64,000 nucleotides of DNA, taken from assembly GCA_965263355.1 (NCBI GenBank), contig CBDHHL010000032.1, forward strand, positions 1,952,001 through 2,016,000, read 5' to 3'. The first letter of the stretch is position 1. Every line of letters begins with the position of its first letter. Under the pieces are notes generated by a model. The model made no database searches. It saw only the letters and a list, made by a program, of their open reading frames with translations, and had not been told where the DNA came from. This DNA comes from Leptolyngbyaceae cyanobacterium. Its GTDB lineage: Bacteria; Cyanobacteriota; Cyanobacteriia; Phormidesmidales; Phormidesmidaceae. The translations under genes and the position numbers were made by a program. This document shows, in pieces, positions 8,826-18,847 of the stretch.

Positions 8826-10314
8826 TTAACCTGACTGCAAAACGGCAACGAGCTTAACAAACGGCTCAGGTTCCGTAGTCATCGACAGATTCACCCAGTC
8901 ACGATAATCCTTAAACACCTTCTGAATGTGGGTCAGCTGATTCTGCCGACGCTGCTGCCGCATCGCTTCCGGGCGTTTGTCTGCCCCAAACAGCAGCTCT
9001 AGCTGTTCCATATGATGTCCCTGGAGCCGATCCAATCGTGCTTTTTGCTCCTGCAGCTGCTCCGATAGGACTGCATCAAACGTAGTACGTTCTGCTAGCA
9101 AATAACGCCGCGCCTGCTCAATCGCCTCAGCCCGCAAGGGTAGCAAATCGTCCACAGGCATTTCCCCCGGATTTGGAATCGGCTCCTGACCCAGCTGGGT
9201 ACGCTCCACAGTTTCTGCAAAGGGCTCAATGGCCTGAAACGCCAGCACCTTGGCACTTTCCTGGCCAAACGCTTCCACAATGCGGTTTTGCTCTACATCC
9301 GGCATCCCCCCATCCAACACCTCCACCGCTTCCGGCTTTAGTTTTAGAGCCTGGGGCAGATGCTCCTTTAGAAATTTCAGTGTTTCCAGTCGCCCGGTGA
9401 AAATCACCAGTCGGTCCTTGCGGTCTTTACCTTTCCACTTAAACTGCTGCCGCAGCAATACGAGCAGGGCCTGGTATTTAGAAAAAGCATCCTTATCCAC
9501 CCTTTCCAAGGACCGCCGTAAATCGTCTAACACCCCAATATCCTGGCGTTCGGCAGGGCCAATGGGCTCCTGTTTCTGCAACCGTTTGATGCGGTTGTTC
9601 ACCGTTTCCAAACAGGCGGCAGGGCTGGACAACATTGCCTTTAGCAAGGTGGTCTTAAACAACTGGGTTGCCGTGCGCCGACTGTCGATCCGCTCAAAGG
9701 TCAGTTCATTTAGCTGTTCAAATACCTGTTCTTCTGCCGTGGAGGCCTGGGCCTCCACGGGGTCCACATTACGCTCAGGTACCCACTGCTTCAAGTCATT
9801 GAGCACATCCTTCTTGAAACGACGGACATACAGATCGCGAATATCATCCTGAGTATAGTCACTTTCATTTGCGATCGCAGTGGCATCCAGCATATTCATC
9901 AAGCTGGCAAAGCTTTCTGGCCGACCATCATGGGGGGTGGCCGACAGCAAAATCAGCGTATCTGAACGAGTTGCCAATCGGTCCGCCAGCTTAGCTCGCT
10001 TCGAGGCCGACTGTCCCCGTCCCCAAATGAGCTTCTAGAAATAGCAGGCTATGGACAAACCCCGAGGAAGTATCGGTCGTTAGCTGAGTTTCTTCAGGAC
10101 GCAATACCCGAATATCATCTTCCAGGTCCTCGATAAATCGAGCCGTCTTCCCCTGGATAAACTCAGACACCCCAATCGCTTCAATAATCCGGCCACCATC
10201 TACCGCCGTATCAGTCGCTTTTACCAGCCATTCCGCATCGCGACACAGAATCCTGGCTCCGGGGGCTATGACACTAGATTGCAATTGCGATCGCTCCTGT
10301 TGTCCACTGGACAT
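8826..10314 (-). pseudogene. SNF2-like DEAD/DEAH helicase (DISARM DrmD-like) with two large internal deletions
   Basis: N-terminus IAPGARILCRDAEWLV; jumps (with frameshift, about 10022) to GQSASKRAKLADRLATRSDTLILLSATPHDG; has LVIFTGRLETL; no Walker A/DEAH or motif V/VI. Confidence 0.8.
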
Positions 10315-10433
10315 GCAAGAGAATAACCCAAGATCTTATAAACAGCTCTACTTGTAATATCGCTATAACCTTTATCATTCAAGAACTCTCCGTAATTCTA
10401 CGTAGAGCTATAGATCATTCGCGCATCCACAAC

Positions 10434-11150
10434 CTAACGGTCTATTCCCCTCGATTTCCCCGTCCCTGTCGATATCTGCAACGACTGAATCGACTGGACC
10501 TGAGCAACGGTACCCTTAGCATATTGGTCCAACGACCCAGCATCCATCCCCTTCACCCCCTGCTGAAACTGAGCATACGGCCCCTGATACAACAAGTGGG
10601 TTACCGCCTCAGCCGACTCCCCAGCTCGCAGCGCAGCAGCTACCACCTGTTGATCTAACTGAATCGCTGCCAGGTCACTACTCACATGCTCTCGATACAG
10701 GTCAGCATAGCTCTGAATTTTGCCAGTAACCGCATTCGCATATTCCGTGTACCGCTGCTTTTGAGCCGTATCCACCTGCGTTTTAGCATAGTGCAGCAGT
10801 TTGGGTAGAGCCGCCTTCTTCTCCTCTGGTGATTGCGACCTCGTCTCGCACTGCACATAGGGTCCCTGAGCAACAAATTGAATCACCTGCCGGGGAGAAT
10901 GCCCCGCTTGCAATGCCACCTGAGCAACCGTGCGATCCAGCTGTTGAGCAGTTTGTTGATCCTCAGGATCCTCACTCGCGTAAGCCTGAAATAAAGTCTG
11001 ATAATCCTCGAAATTCACTCTTAGAGCAGCCTTTGCGAGAACTAAATACTGTTCTCTAGCCTGTTTCCCCTTCTCCGTATCAGGCTCACGAGGCAATAAT
11101 GGAGCCTCTTCTGAAGTAGTTTCTTTGCCAGTCTTAGGAGACTTTGCCAT
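10434..11150 (-). CDS. Hypothetical protein of cyanobacterial plasmid type with two internal repeats
   Basis: QQLDRTVAQVALQAG..AQGPYVQ versus IQLDQQVVAAALRAG..YQGPYAQ; ends KSRGIDR like mobilisation-protein tails. Confidence 0.6.
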   Translation of the reverse strand: MAKSPKTGKETTSEEAPLLPREPDTEKGKQAREQYLVLAKAALRVNFEDYQTLFQAYASEDPEDQQTAQQLDRTVAQVALQAGHSPRQVIQFVAQGPYVQCETRSQSPEEKKAALPKLLHYAKTQVDTAQKQRYTEYANAVTGKIQSYADLYREHVSSDLAAIQLDQQVVAAALRAGESAEAVTHLLYQGPYAQFQQGVKGMDAGSLDQYAKGTVAQVQSIQSLQISTGTGKSRGIDR

Positions 11151-11682
11151 GTACATCCATTGCCTTTCAAGTACTCCGCTCGATTAACGGTACCTCAGAT
11201 CATGAGTTCGTCTCAGTTGCGATCGCCTATTTACTAAAACACTGGATCAACAAGACTGGCACTGGCCCATCATCCCTAAATCAGCTCAGCAGAGCCCCCA
11301 TGCCCCTTGGTGGGAGCAATCAGATGGTGATGAATCAGAATCATTCTCTCTTAATCCTACTGCCGAGATTCTGGGGTATCTATATGACTATCAACATCTT
11401 GTCCCGGAAACCATTATCTCTCAGGTATCGGAGCGGGTTATGGGTGCATTATCACCTACAAATAAGATTGAGGTGCATGACCTATTATGTTGCCTACGTC
11501 TAATGAAGACAAAGACACTACCCAATGAATTCCGTGAACAAATTCGCCAAGCATTGGCCCAGCAGCTTGATGGAACCATTGAACAAGATCCTGCAAAGTG
11601 GGAAGGCTATTGCTTGCGACCATTATCAAGTGATCGATGCTCCCGATTCTACTTTTATAGCTGGCATGGAAGAAGCCAGTGA
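11150..11682 (+). pseudogene. Internal fragment of a hypothetical protein (HAPWW / NPTAEILGYLY family), two frameshifts
   Basis: Joining frames gives TSIAFQVL..AIAYLL|LDQQDWHWPIIP..SPHAPWW..NPTAEILGYLYDY..IEVHDLLCCLRL..DPAKWEGYCLRPL|QVIDAPDS. Confidence 0.6.
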
Positions 11683-11880
11683 TAGTATTACCTGAGAACA
11701 ATTCAATCACTAGGCAAGCTCGTCCTCGTACAATGTGTCACCTAGGCTACATCATTTTTTAGGGTAAGTAGTACGCGTTTCAAATGTCTAAGGACTATTT
11801 GAGCTTTGCGATCGCTCAGTCAGATTATGTTAGTGCGCGATCGCAATTTCCCCACAATGGGATATACACTCAAAACAACA

Positions 11881-12051
11881 CTAGCTATGGCAATTACAGC
11901 CAGCATGGCCACAGCCAGAAGTGCCCTCCCCATGTCCATTGGCACAGCCTTCGCTGCAATAATACTGCTCATTCTTTTGAATAGCACTGCTGATATCAAC
12001 AATGCATAGACAAGAATCACAGGCACATTTCATTTGAGTTACGACGGTCAT
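11881..12051 (-). CDS. smtA: Metallothionein SmtA (56 aa), absent from the ORF track
   Basis: MTVVTQMKCACDSCLCIVDISSAIQKNEQYYCSEGCANGHGEGTSGCGHAGCNCHS. Confidence 0.97.
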   Translation of the reverse strand: MTVVTQMKCACDSCLCIVDISSAIQKNEQYYCSEGCANGHGEGTSGCGHAGCNCHS

Positions 12052-12091
12052 AATGGTCTCCTTGTATAGATACAGTCAAAATTTATGAGTC

Positions 12092-12117
12092 AATATCTGA
12101 ACAATTGCTCATATATC
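12092..12117. promoter_or_regulatory. SmtB/ZiaR 12-2-12 operator 1
   Basis: AATATCTGAACA-AT-TGCTCATATATC between the divergent smtA and smtB. Confidence 0.85.
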
Positions 12118-12124
12118 AAAACAT

Positions 12125-12150
12125 AACATATGAACAGGCATTCAGGTGTT
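12125..12150. promoter_or_regulatory. SmtB/ZiaR 12-2-12 operator 2
   Basis: AACATATGAACA-GG-CATTCAGGTGTT. Confidence 0.85.
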
Positions 12151-12193
12151 AGTCTTGTCAAAGAGATTAGATTTACTGGCTTAAGCAATTTTC

Positions 12194-12526
12194 ATGGGCG
12201 AACATTCTGAGCTGCAGGTATTAACAGTAGAAAAGGCTCAGCGGATGGCGGCATTCTTTAGTGTTTTAGGGGATGCCAACCGCTGGCGAATTTTGTCAGC
12301 CCTTGCCAATGGAGAAATGCCAGTGGGAGAGCTGGCCGCTATTGTGGAAATGAGTGAGTCAGCCGTTTCACATCAGCTGCGGATTCTGCGGTCTTCTCAG
12401 CTTGTACGCTACCGCAGACAGGGTCGCAATATTTTTTACTCCCTGAAAGATCATCATATTCTGAATTTATATCGAGATGTTTCAGAACATTTAGATGAGC
12501 CCATCGACGAGACAGAGTTAGATTAA
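12194..12526 (+). CDS. smtB: ArsR/SmtB-family Zn-sensing repressor
   Basis: KAQRMAAFFSVLGDANR, MSESAVSHQLR, alpha5 site LKDHH..SEHLDE; divergent from smtA. Confidence 0.9.
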   Translation: MGEHSELQVLTVEKAQRMAAFFSVLGDANRWRILSALANGEMPVGELAAIVEMSESAVSHQLRILRSSQLVRYRRQGRNIFYSLKDHHILNLYRDVSEHLDEPIDETELD

Positions 12527-12728
12527 CCCAAAAGGGTGGCTGCAAACAACTTGCCATGCAGTCTCCTTCCAGGTGGCAGACTGCACTTCACACTGCTCAT
12601 AAAACGAGAGTTTGCCATCCCGTTCTAGCCTGCGCAATTTTGTCAGCACAGCTGGTGTTAGCGACTTCATCGCATTATGCAACCAGGTTTTGAACCAAAC
12701 GCCTGACCTTAAAAACTGTTAGCGCCCT

Positions 12729-13088
12729 ATGCAATCCTTTGACCTGACCTTGGTAGCCGGTCCTCCTGGGGTGGGTAAAACCACCTGGATTAGCCAGTTT
12801 CTTAAAGACGCTTCCCGCCCTCTGTTTTATCTGTGTCCTTGTGCTCAGGAGTCTGTTGATTTGGCCCGAATTGGCTATTGCTTTCCCTGGGTGTCGATTA
12901 TTTCTGACGATCAGGCGGCTGCCGTGCTGGCCGATTTGCCGGACCAGGCCGAGGTTTTTATAGAGTTAGGCTTTCATCTGGATCTGGAGTCACCGCTTTT
13001 AGTCACGTTGCCTGGGCGACGGATCGCCATCTTGCCGCCTAGTTTAGAATCGTCTGAATGGCACAACTGGGCTGACGAGGTTATGCCT
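12729..13088 (+). pseudogene. CobW/COG0523-like GTP-binding protein N-terminus, interrupted by IS630
   Basis: VAGPPGVGKTTWI P-loop; ORF runs into the IS terminal repeat; no continuation seen beyond the IS. Confidence 0.65.
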
Positions 13089-14309
13089 AGTGCAATGTCA
13101 AAGCTTAATTTTAGGGTAAACGGAAGCTAGCTTACAGCGAGCATCATCGACCTGCATCTGCCAGTCAACTCCCCGTTGCCTGTTGTTGATATCGTTCGAC
13201 CAAGCTGTCGTTTCAGCCCGTAGCGTATCGATGTCTTCAAAGCGTCTACCATCAATGCACTGTCGAGTCATTGCACTCACATCATTTTCTGCGATGTTGA
13301 GCCAACTGCCATGCTTCGGGGTATAACAAAATTCGATTCGCTGCACCAATTTTCGCGCTCGTTCAGGCTCGAATGCTTCGTAAAAAGCCCCTTTGGTGTG
13401 TGTATTGAGATTGTCACACACCAATCGTACTTTCTCGCAATCGGCATAGCGGTTTTCCAGTATGTCAGCCACTTCAAGCGCCCAATCCACTTTGGTGCGA
13501 CTCGGACGTACGCTCACTTGCCGCCAACCGGCTAACGGCTCAGTAAACATGAAAATACTCGCGGTCCCGGCCCGTTCATACTCATAGTCCACCCGTTTGC
13601 CATGGTTAGCCGTGGCCGGAAGCGGGGGACGACTCTCTCGTTGAAATTGAACGGGTTGTTCATCCATGCAAATCGTCGGACGGGTTGGGTCGTAAGGCTG
13701 GGCATAGACATCAAGCACCGCTTCCATGTGAGCCACAAATTCAGCATCGGTCTCAGGGGGAATCACCCAGTACTCTATCTTGCGATTGGTCATGCCATTT
13801 TTTTCAGAGTCTGTCGCACCGTCTCATGGCTGACCGTGTCAACCAGACCCAATTCAACCACCTTACGAGCTAGCAAACGCAATGACCAATTGGCATACCC
13901 GGCGGGAGGGGCTCCTAATCGCAGGGCAATCACTTGGGCTTCCTGCTCGCCATCAAGGAGCTTATCCGTGGGGGGACGGCGTCGCTTCGCACCATTAAGA
14001 GTTACCGCAAACCCTTGCTCAACCAAGCGGCGGCGAATATTCTCCACGGTCTTTGTTCGACAGTCAAACGCATCGGCGATCTCCTGGTCAGTCCAGTTCG
14101 GTCCATCGGCATCCGCTTTCAGTAAAATCTGAGCGCGACGCACTTTCTGGCTGCTGCCCTTCAGCTTTTTGATCACCGCTTGTAACTGATGGCGCTCATC
14201 GGGAGTTAGACGGACAATATACTTTTTCTGCATAGGATTCCGGTACGCTGCATAGAGCTTACAGCAACACTCTCAATAACCCTAATTTTTAGTCTTGACG
14301 CTGCACTAG
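13087..14309 (-). mobile_element. IS630-family insertion sequence
   Basis: Imperfect TIRs CTAGTGCAATGTCAAAGCTTAATTTTAGGGT / CTAGTGCAGCGTCAAGACTAAAAATTAGGGT with CTAG (TA) ends; two transposase ORFs. Confidence 0.92.
13098..14233 (-). CDS. IS630 transposase, orfA (HTH) + orfB (DDE) joined by a probable -1 frameshift at an A7 run near 13800
   Basis: ICMDEQP, VCDNLNTH, TPKHGSWLNIAE; CTG AAA AAA ATG GCA TGA overlap. Confidence 0.9.
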
Positions 14310-14565
14310 GGGACTCTACTATAGCTAGGGAACTCTAGGACTAGAGCACAGTGTCTAGGCGGTCGGCATAGTCGGTCATTTCCGCATAGCCTTTTAAATG
14401 TTTGTCTCAGTTGAGAAACCACACCATCCACTGAGATACCTGGTTTTAAAAACAACCCCAGAGACGCAATGCATCGACGTATTACCGCTCCGACTGGCCG
14501 CTACCTGTAAAACACTGTTGCCGATGATTGTGGCATTATTTTAGCGTTCCAGGATAGGTAACTCT

Positions 14566-14673
14566 ATGCCTGATGACATCGTTCCATTCCTAATCGTGAT
14601 GGGTTTACTCGTTACCTATCTATTTTGGTCAGCCGCTACAGAGATGGGCACTCGTTGGCCCTGGCGACGTTAA
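14566..14673 (+). CDS. Putative 35-aa single-pass membrane protein
   Basis: MPDDIVPFLIVMGLLVTYLFWSAATEMGTRWPWRR preceded by AGGATAGG; converges on the YHS gene stop. Confidence 0.55.
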   Translation: MPDDIVPFLIVMGLLVTYLFWSAATEMGTRWPWRR

Positions 14674-14677
14674 TATC

Positions 14678-15322
14678 TTAAGAACCCGCCAAAACCCCAG
14701 GCCAATTAGCATCTCCTTTGCTAATATTTCCAGGAATATCCCGTTCCCAAGTGCGTTGCACACCCCTGCTATAGTTCAGATACAGCTTTCCATCCACAAT
14801 TCTCCAGGCATTAGGGTCAATGGACGCCGTATATCCCTGACTCACAGCCCAGGCACAGAAGCCACCATACTGGGGTGCATACTGCTCAGGATTAGCCGCA
14901 AATAAGTCTCGATTTTCAGCACTGGCAAACTGCCAGGTTGCATTATTCCAGGTGTAGCTATACTCGGCATTACCTGCCACAGGTCCACCCTGGGTAAAGT
15001 AAGCCACCGGGTCAGTACCCCGAATTGCTAGACCATTACCATCTGTAAAATAACGAACTGTTTGGCTTGCTGTCTGGGCTACTTCCGTTGCTGTTTCAAC
15101 CGTCGGTGTTTCAGTCGCCGCACCAGCACAGGGATTTACGTCAGTAGCAGGAGCTACTCCGGCACAGGGGTTAGGGGAAACTGCGACGTTGGCTGAGGCC
15201 TCTTGACTGGTAGGAATGTCTAAGCTTTTGACTGTGTCGGAGGAGGTACAACCTGCTGCCAGCACTAGGCTTGTCAGTAGTGCCAGAGTGAGTTTGCCTG
15301 GGTGTTTAGTATGCATAATCAA
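14678..15322 (-). CDS. YHS-domain lipoprotein with NPCA repeats
   Basis: Lipobox LAAGC; AIRGTDPVAYF, FASAENRDLFAANPEQYAPQYGGFCAWAV. Confidence 0.88.
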   Translation of the reverse strand: MIMHTKHPGKLTLALLTSLVLAAGCTSSDTVKSLDIPTSQEASANVAVSPNPCAGVAPATDVNPCAGAATETPTVETATEVAQTASQTVRYFTDGNGLAIRGTDPVAYFTQGGPVAGNAEYSYTWNNATWQFASAENRDLFAANPEQYAPQYGGFCAWAVSQGYTASIDPNAWRIVDGKLYLNYSRGVQRTWERDIPGNISKGDANWPGVLAGS

Positions 15323-15517
15323 ATCTGAATAGGGGTTTACTTATAGTTTTAGCTAACCACAGCTAACTTAATTTGTGATTAGTCATAGCTGAAATATGGC
15401 TCATGTCAAATCCTGACTAATCTCCCCAGTATCTCAAGACGAGACTTCGACTTGAGGCTTCGGCGGTGAACTCAGCCGAACCATATCATGAAATTGTTGT
15501 TTGATAGGTTTTAAGCT

Positions 15518-15733
15518 ATGAAAATAGCGACTTACACTTTACTTTTTGGTGGTAGATCGGGAAATCGGGTTCATTGGCAAAAGGTGTTGGATAATGTCAA
15601 TCCAGACATTTTGCTGTTGCAAGAAACATTGTCGCCAGCGGAATATTTGCCTGAGGATGTTGACCAAAAATGTAGGCATCAGATTCACTGGGTTGCAGTT
15701 GATCAGCGTCCCTGGGGTAGTGCACTTGTATAA
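15518..15733 (+). pseudogene. Endonuclease/exonuclease/phosphatase-family N-terminal fragment
   Basis: MKIATY...NPDILLLQE; stops at 71 aa. Confidence 0.55.
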
Positions 15734-15799
15734 TTCCTTAGGAATGGGACATAGAACCACTGTAGTTAGCTATAGCAGCTTTGTTCTAGTCCTTACAGC

Positions 15800-18564
15800 A
15801 TGCTTTCCTTAATATCGTCTTCCCAGTTTGTACCAGACGTTATCTACGACGACTCTAACCATATCGATATCACTCCAGATGATAGAGATAATTTGCCCTA
15901 CCAGTTTTTGGATATCGTCAAACAGCTTAACCAAAATTACTTGCACTGGAAACACCTGCGGGAAACTCAGCAAGCTACCCATGCTACCTTTTATCTCTAC
16001 ACCAAGGAGGGTATTCAACAAGCGGTAGATAAAGCAGCTGAGGCTGGTAAGCCCATCGAGCAGCAGATGCTGCTGATTTTAGAAACTAACCTGGCATTGG
16101 CAACCATTAACTCATTGCTACTGGCCGGGAAGAACTATCTCAAGGTAGACCAGCTGCAAAACTGTAAAGATAGTATTGATACGGCCCTTTCTACGCTGTA
16201 TGAATTTATCAAGACCCGAGAAAAGCTTAGCCAGTCTTGGGATATTGCCATCGAGAGTATTCGGCAAGATATTGTCAACGATAATGAAAGTACTCAGTAT
16301 GCTGCCTATGGGTTTAAGGAACTCTCATCGCTGCAGGGGGATGATAAAATCGAGGCTCCTAATCTATATGTTGTTAGACAACAGCTAAGGTTGTTGCAAG
16401 ATACCTTTAGCCAAATTTGTCCAGAGGATATTGGCACACGGTCTGTTGATTTGGCGATTAGCCGTCGGTTAGATTCATTGTTGTCCAATATCTTTATTGA
16501 GTTGGTGAAGCCCGATACCAAAGTCACTACCAACCGGACTGGGGATGACTTTTCGGCTGTGGTGGATGGGTCTGATGAACCGGTTGGGGTCTTCTCGCCT
16601 AATGGAGGCTACTATCTAAAACAGGTACCCAATCCGCCTGATTTTGAAGAATTGCACACAATGGCGAAGAATTGCACACTGATTTTGAAGAGACTGCACT
16701 GACCACTGCGACAATTATTGAGGTGCAAACTGGCGAAGAATTGCACACAATTACCTACAGTGGTTGGTTTACGGCCATGGCGTTTACCAATGATGGCAAG
16801 TCTCTGGCCATTGTTGTCGATAGTCGGGTCAAGGTGATCAATGTTGCCAATGGTCAGGAATTAGCTACGCTAGAGCATCAAGATCTAATCCGATCCACCT
16901 GCTTTTCCCCTGATGCTACCCATCTGGCAATGGTCTCCGTTGACCAGGCTGTCAAAATTGTTGAAGTGGCTACAGGTAGAACTATCCGTACCCTGACCCA
17001 GGGTAAAAATACAGCGCCCCTACATTTTTCGCCCAAGGGAACCTATCTGGCTGTACCCAGTGATCAAACCGTCAAGATATTAGCGGTGGCTACTGGCCAT
17101 GAGGTGACCGCGTTTCCCCATGATCATGCGGTGACTGTGCTTGGGTTTTCGGCAGATGAGGCTTACATAGCCACCACGACAGGAGCAAACTCTCAAATCA
17201 CAAAGGTGTCTACGGGTAAAAAAATTACGTCCATCTTGCACCAGGGTAAGCTGTGGGCCATTTGTTCATCTCCCGTTGGGACCTATCTTGCCATTGGTCT
17301 ATGGGACCACACTATCAAGCTGATTAAAGTGGTTACTGAAACTGGGGGTAGAAATGTGTACACTATTCACCACCATAAACCTGTGAATGGGGTTGCGTTC
17401 TCTGAAGATGGTAGCTATCTGGCAACGGTGTCGGCGGATGGTACGGCCAAGGTCATCAAGGTGGCTACAGGCAGGCGAGTGACGACGATTACTCACGAGT
17501 CAGAGGTTGTGGCTCTGACATTTGCAGCGAATCGGTCTTACTTGGCAACGGCTGCTTTGGATGGCACAGTAAAGCTGTTGGATTTACCTAAGCTGACGGA
17601 TGCGGATGCTGGGGAGTCTTCGGCGAATCCGCAGGTGGAAAAGTCTGCCCTGATGCAAATGAATAAAGCTGAGGTCTTTTTTAAAGCCTGGCGGATAGAA
17701 CAGGCAAATGCTAATAGCTTCTATGAATTTATGTTGACGAAGGCGGAGCAAGGTGGCTTGTCGGCTAAATACAATGCGCCTATTTTAGATACCAATCTGT
17801 TGCTGGAAGCGTTATTTTTCTTGGTAGCCAGTGCTGAAAAGAATTACCAGACCATTAGTCCCTATTTGGCTGATTTGGAAAATGGTGAGTTATACTTACC
17901 TGCGTTGCAAGATCTCAGGGACAATGTTTCAGCGGCATTATCGTCTCTCTATGAGTTTATTCATAGCCGAATGCGGTTAGATGGTGATAGCTACCCCCAA
18001 GCATTGGAGCGATTTCAGCGGGATATTGAGGTGGATATTTACACCAACCAGCTGATCCTGAGTATTTACGAGAAAACCCTATCATTTCTACGCTATGCCG
18101 GAATTAAGCGGCGGAGTGAGTTTCGTACGGTGAAGGGGATGCTGGATGAGATTTTTGGCATTATTGATTCGCTGTTGCCAGACGAAGTTCGACGGCAACG
18201 AAATGGAACATCAAATGGAATAACAAATAATATTTCCATTGCAGAGGCACTGGGGGTGATTGAGGCGTTTAATTTGACGGAAGATGAGTTGGTACCGCTG
18301 TTGTTTAAGCTAAAGCATAGTGGTGTGATGAATTCGGCCATTGCCCTTGCTGCCGTGTCAAAGGTGACGTCTAAAACAGTTATAGATCTGTGTAGAGGTT
18401 TGCCTATCGCCGCAATCAATAAAGATGTGGCTCTATCGGCCATTAAGAAACGTCGTAAAACGCATTACATCGGTACATTACTGCCCTGGACTAAAATTGG
18501 GCAAAGAGATATTTTGCTTAAGAAACTGGAGACAGCTCCTGTTAAAACCTGGTGGAGACGATAA
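15800..18564 (+). pseudogene. WD40-repeat protein flanked by two homologous helical domains; split by a 41-bp insertion at 16651-16691
   Basis: Repeats like VAFSEDGSYLATVSADGTAKVIKVATG; removing 41 nt fuses ORFs 15800 and 16672 into 907 aa. Confidence 0.75.
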
Positions 18565-18847
18565 CTCAACGTTTGTAAGAGACTAAACAGTCTCACTACT
18601 CAAGTATTTAATTAGAATTTGACAGTAGCTTTACATAAAAAATCCAAATATAAAAAAAGTAAAAAATCATTCTTAACGTTTATATTTAATAAAAGGTTAA
18701 TTCAGCATAAAAAGTTTGTTCTGACAGTCCTCTCTTGGTCTGGGCTTAACCTATTGGACGTACAGTCTTATTGCTTGATGTAGGGACATCCCTGATTTTA
18801 ATCGGGTATTTTCATTAGTCTTTAATAAACGCCTGTTTTCTCAGCCT

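Noticed and set aside
11784..12026. ORFs 11784..11984, 11806..12009 and 11820..12026
   Set aside because: Shadow frames of smtA
12530..12728. Cobalamin riboswitch or Zur box before the CobW-like gene
   Set aside because: Only one hairpin (TGCAGTCT..AGACTGCA); no B12-box or TGATAATNATTATCA match
15444..15482. CTTCG..CTCAGC short dispersed repeat (also near 54781)
   Set aside because: Common cyanobacterial intergenic motif, too degenerate to call
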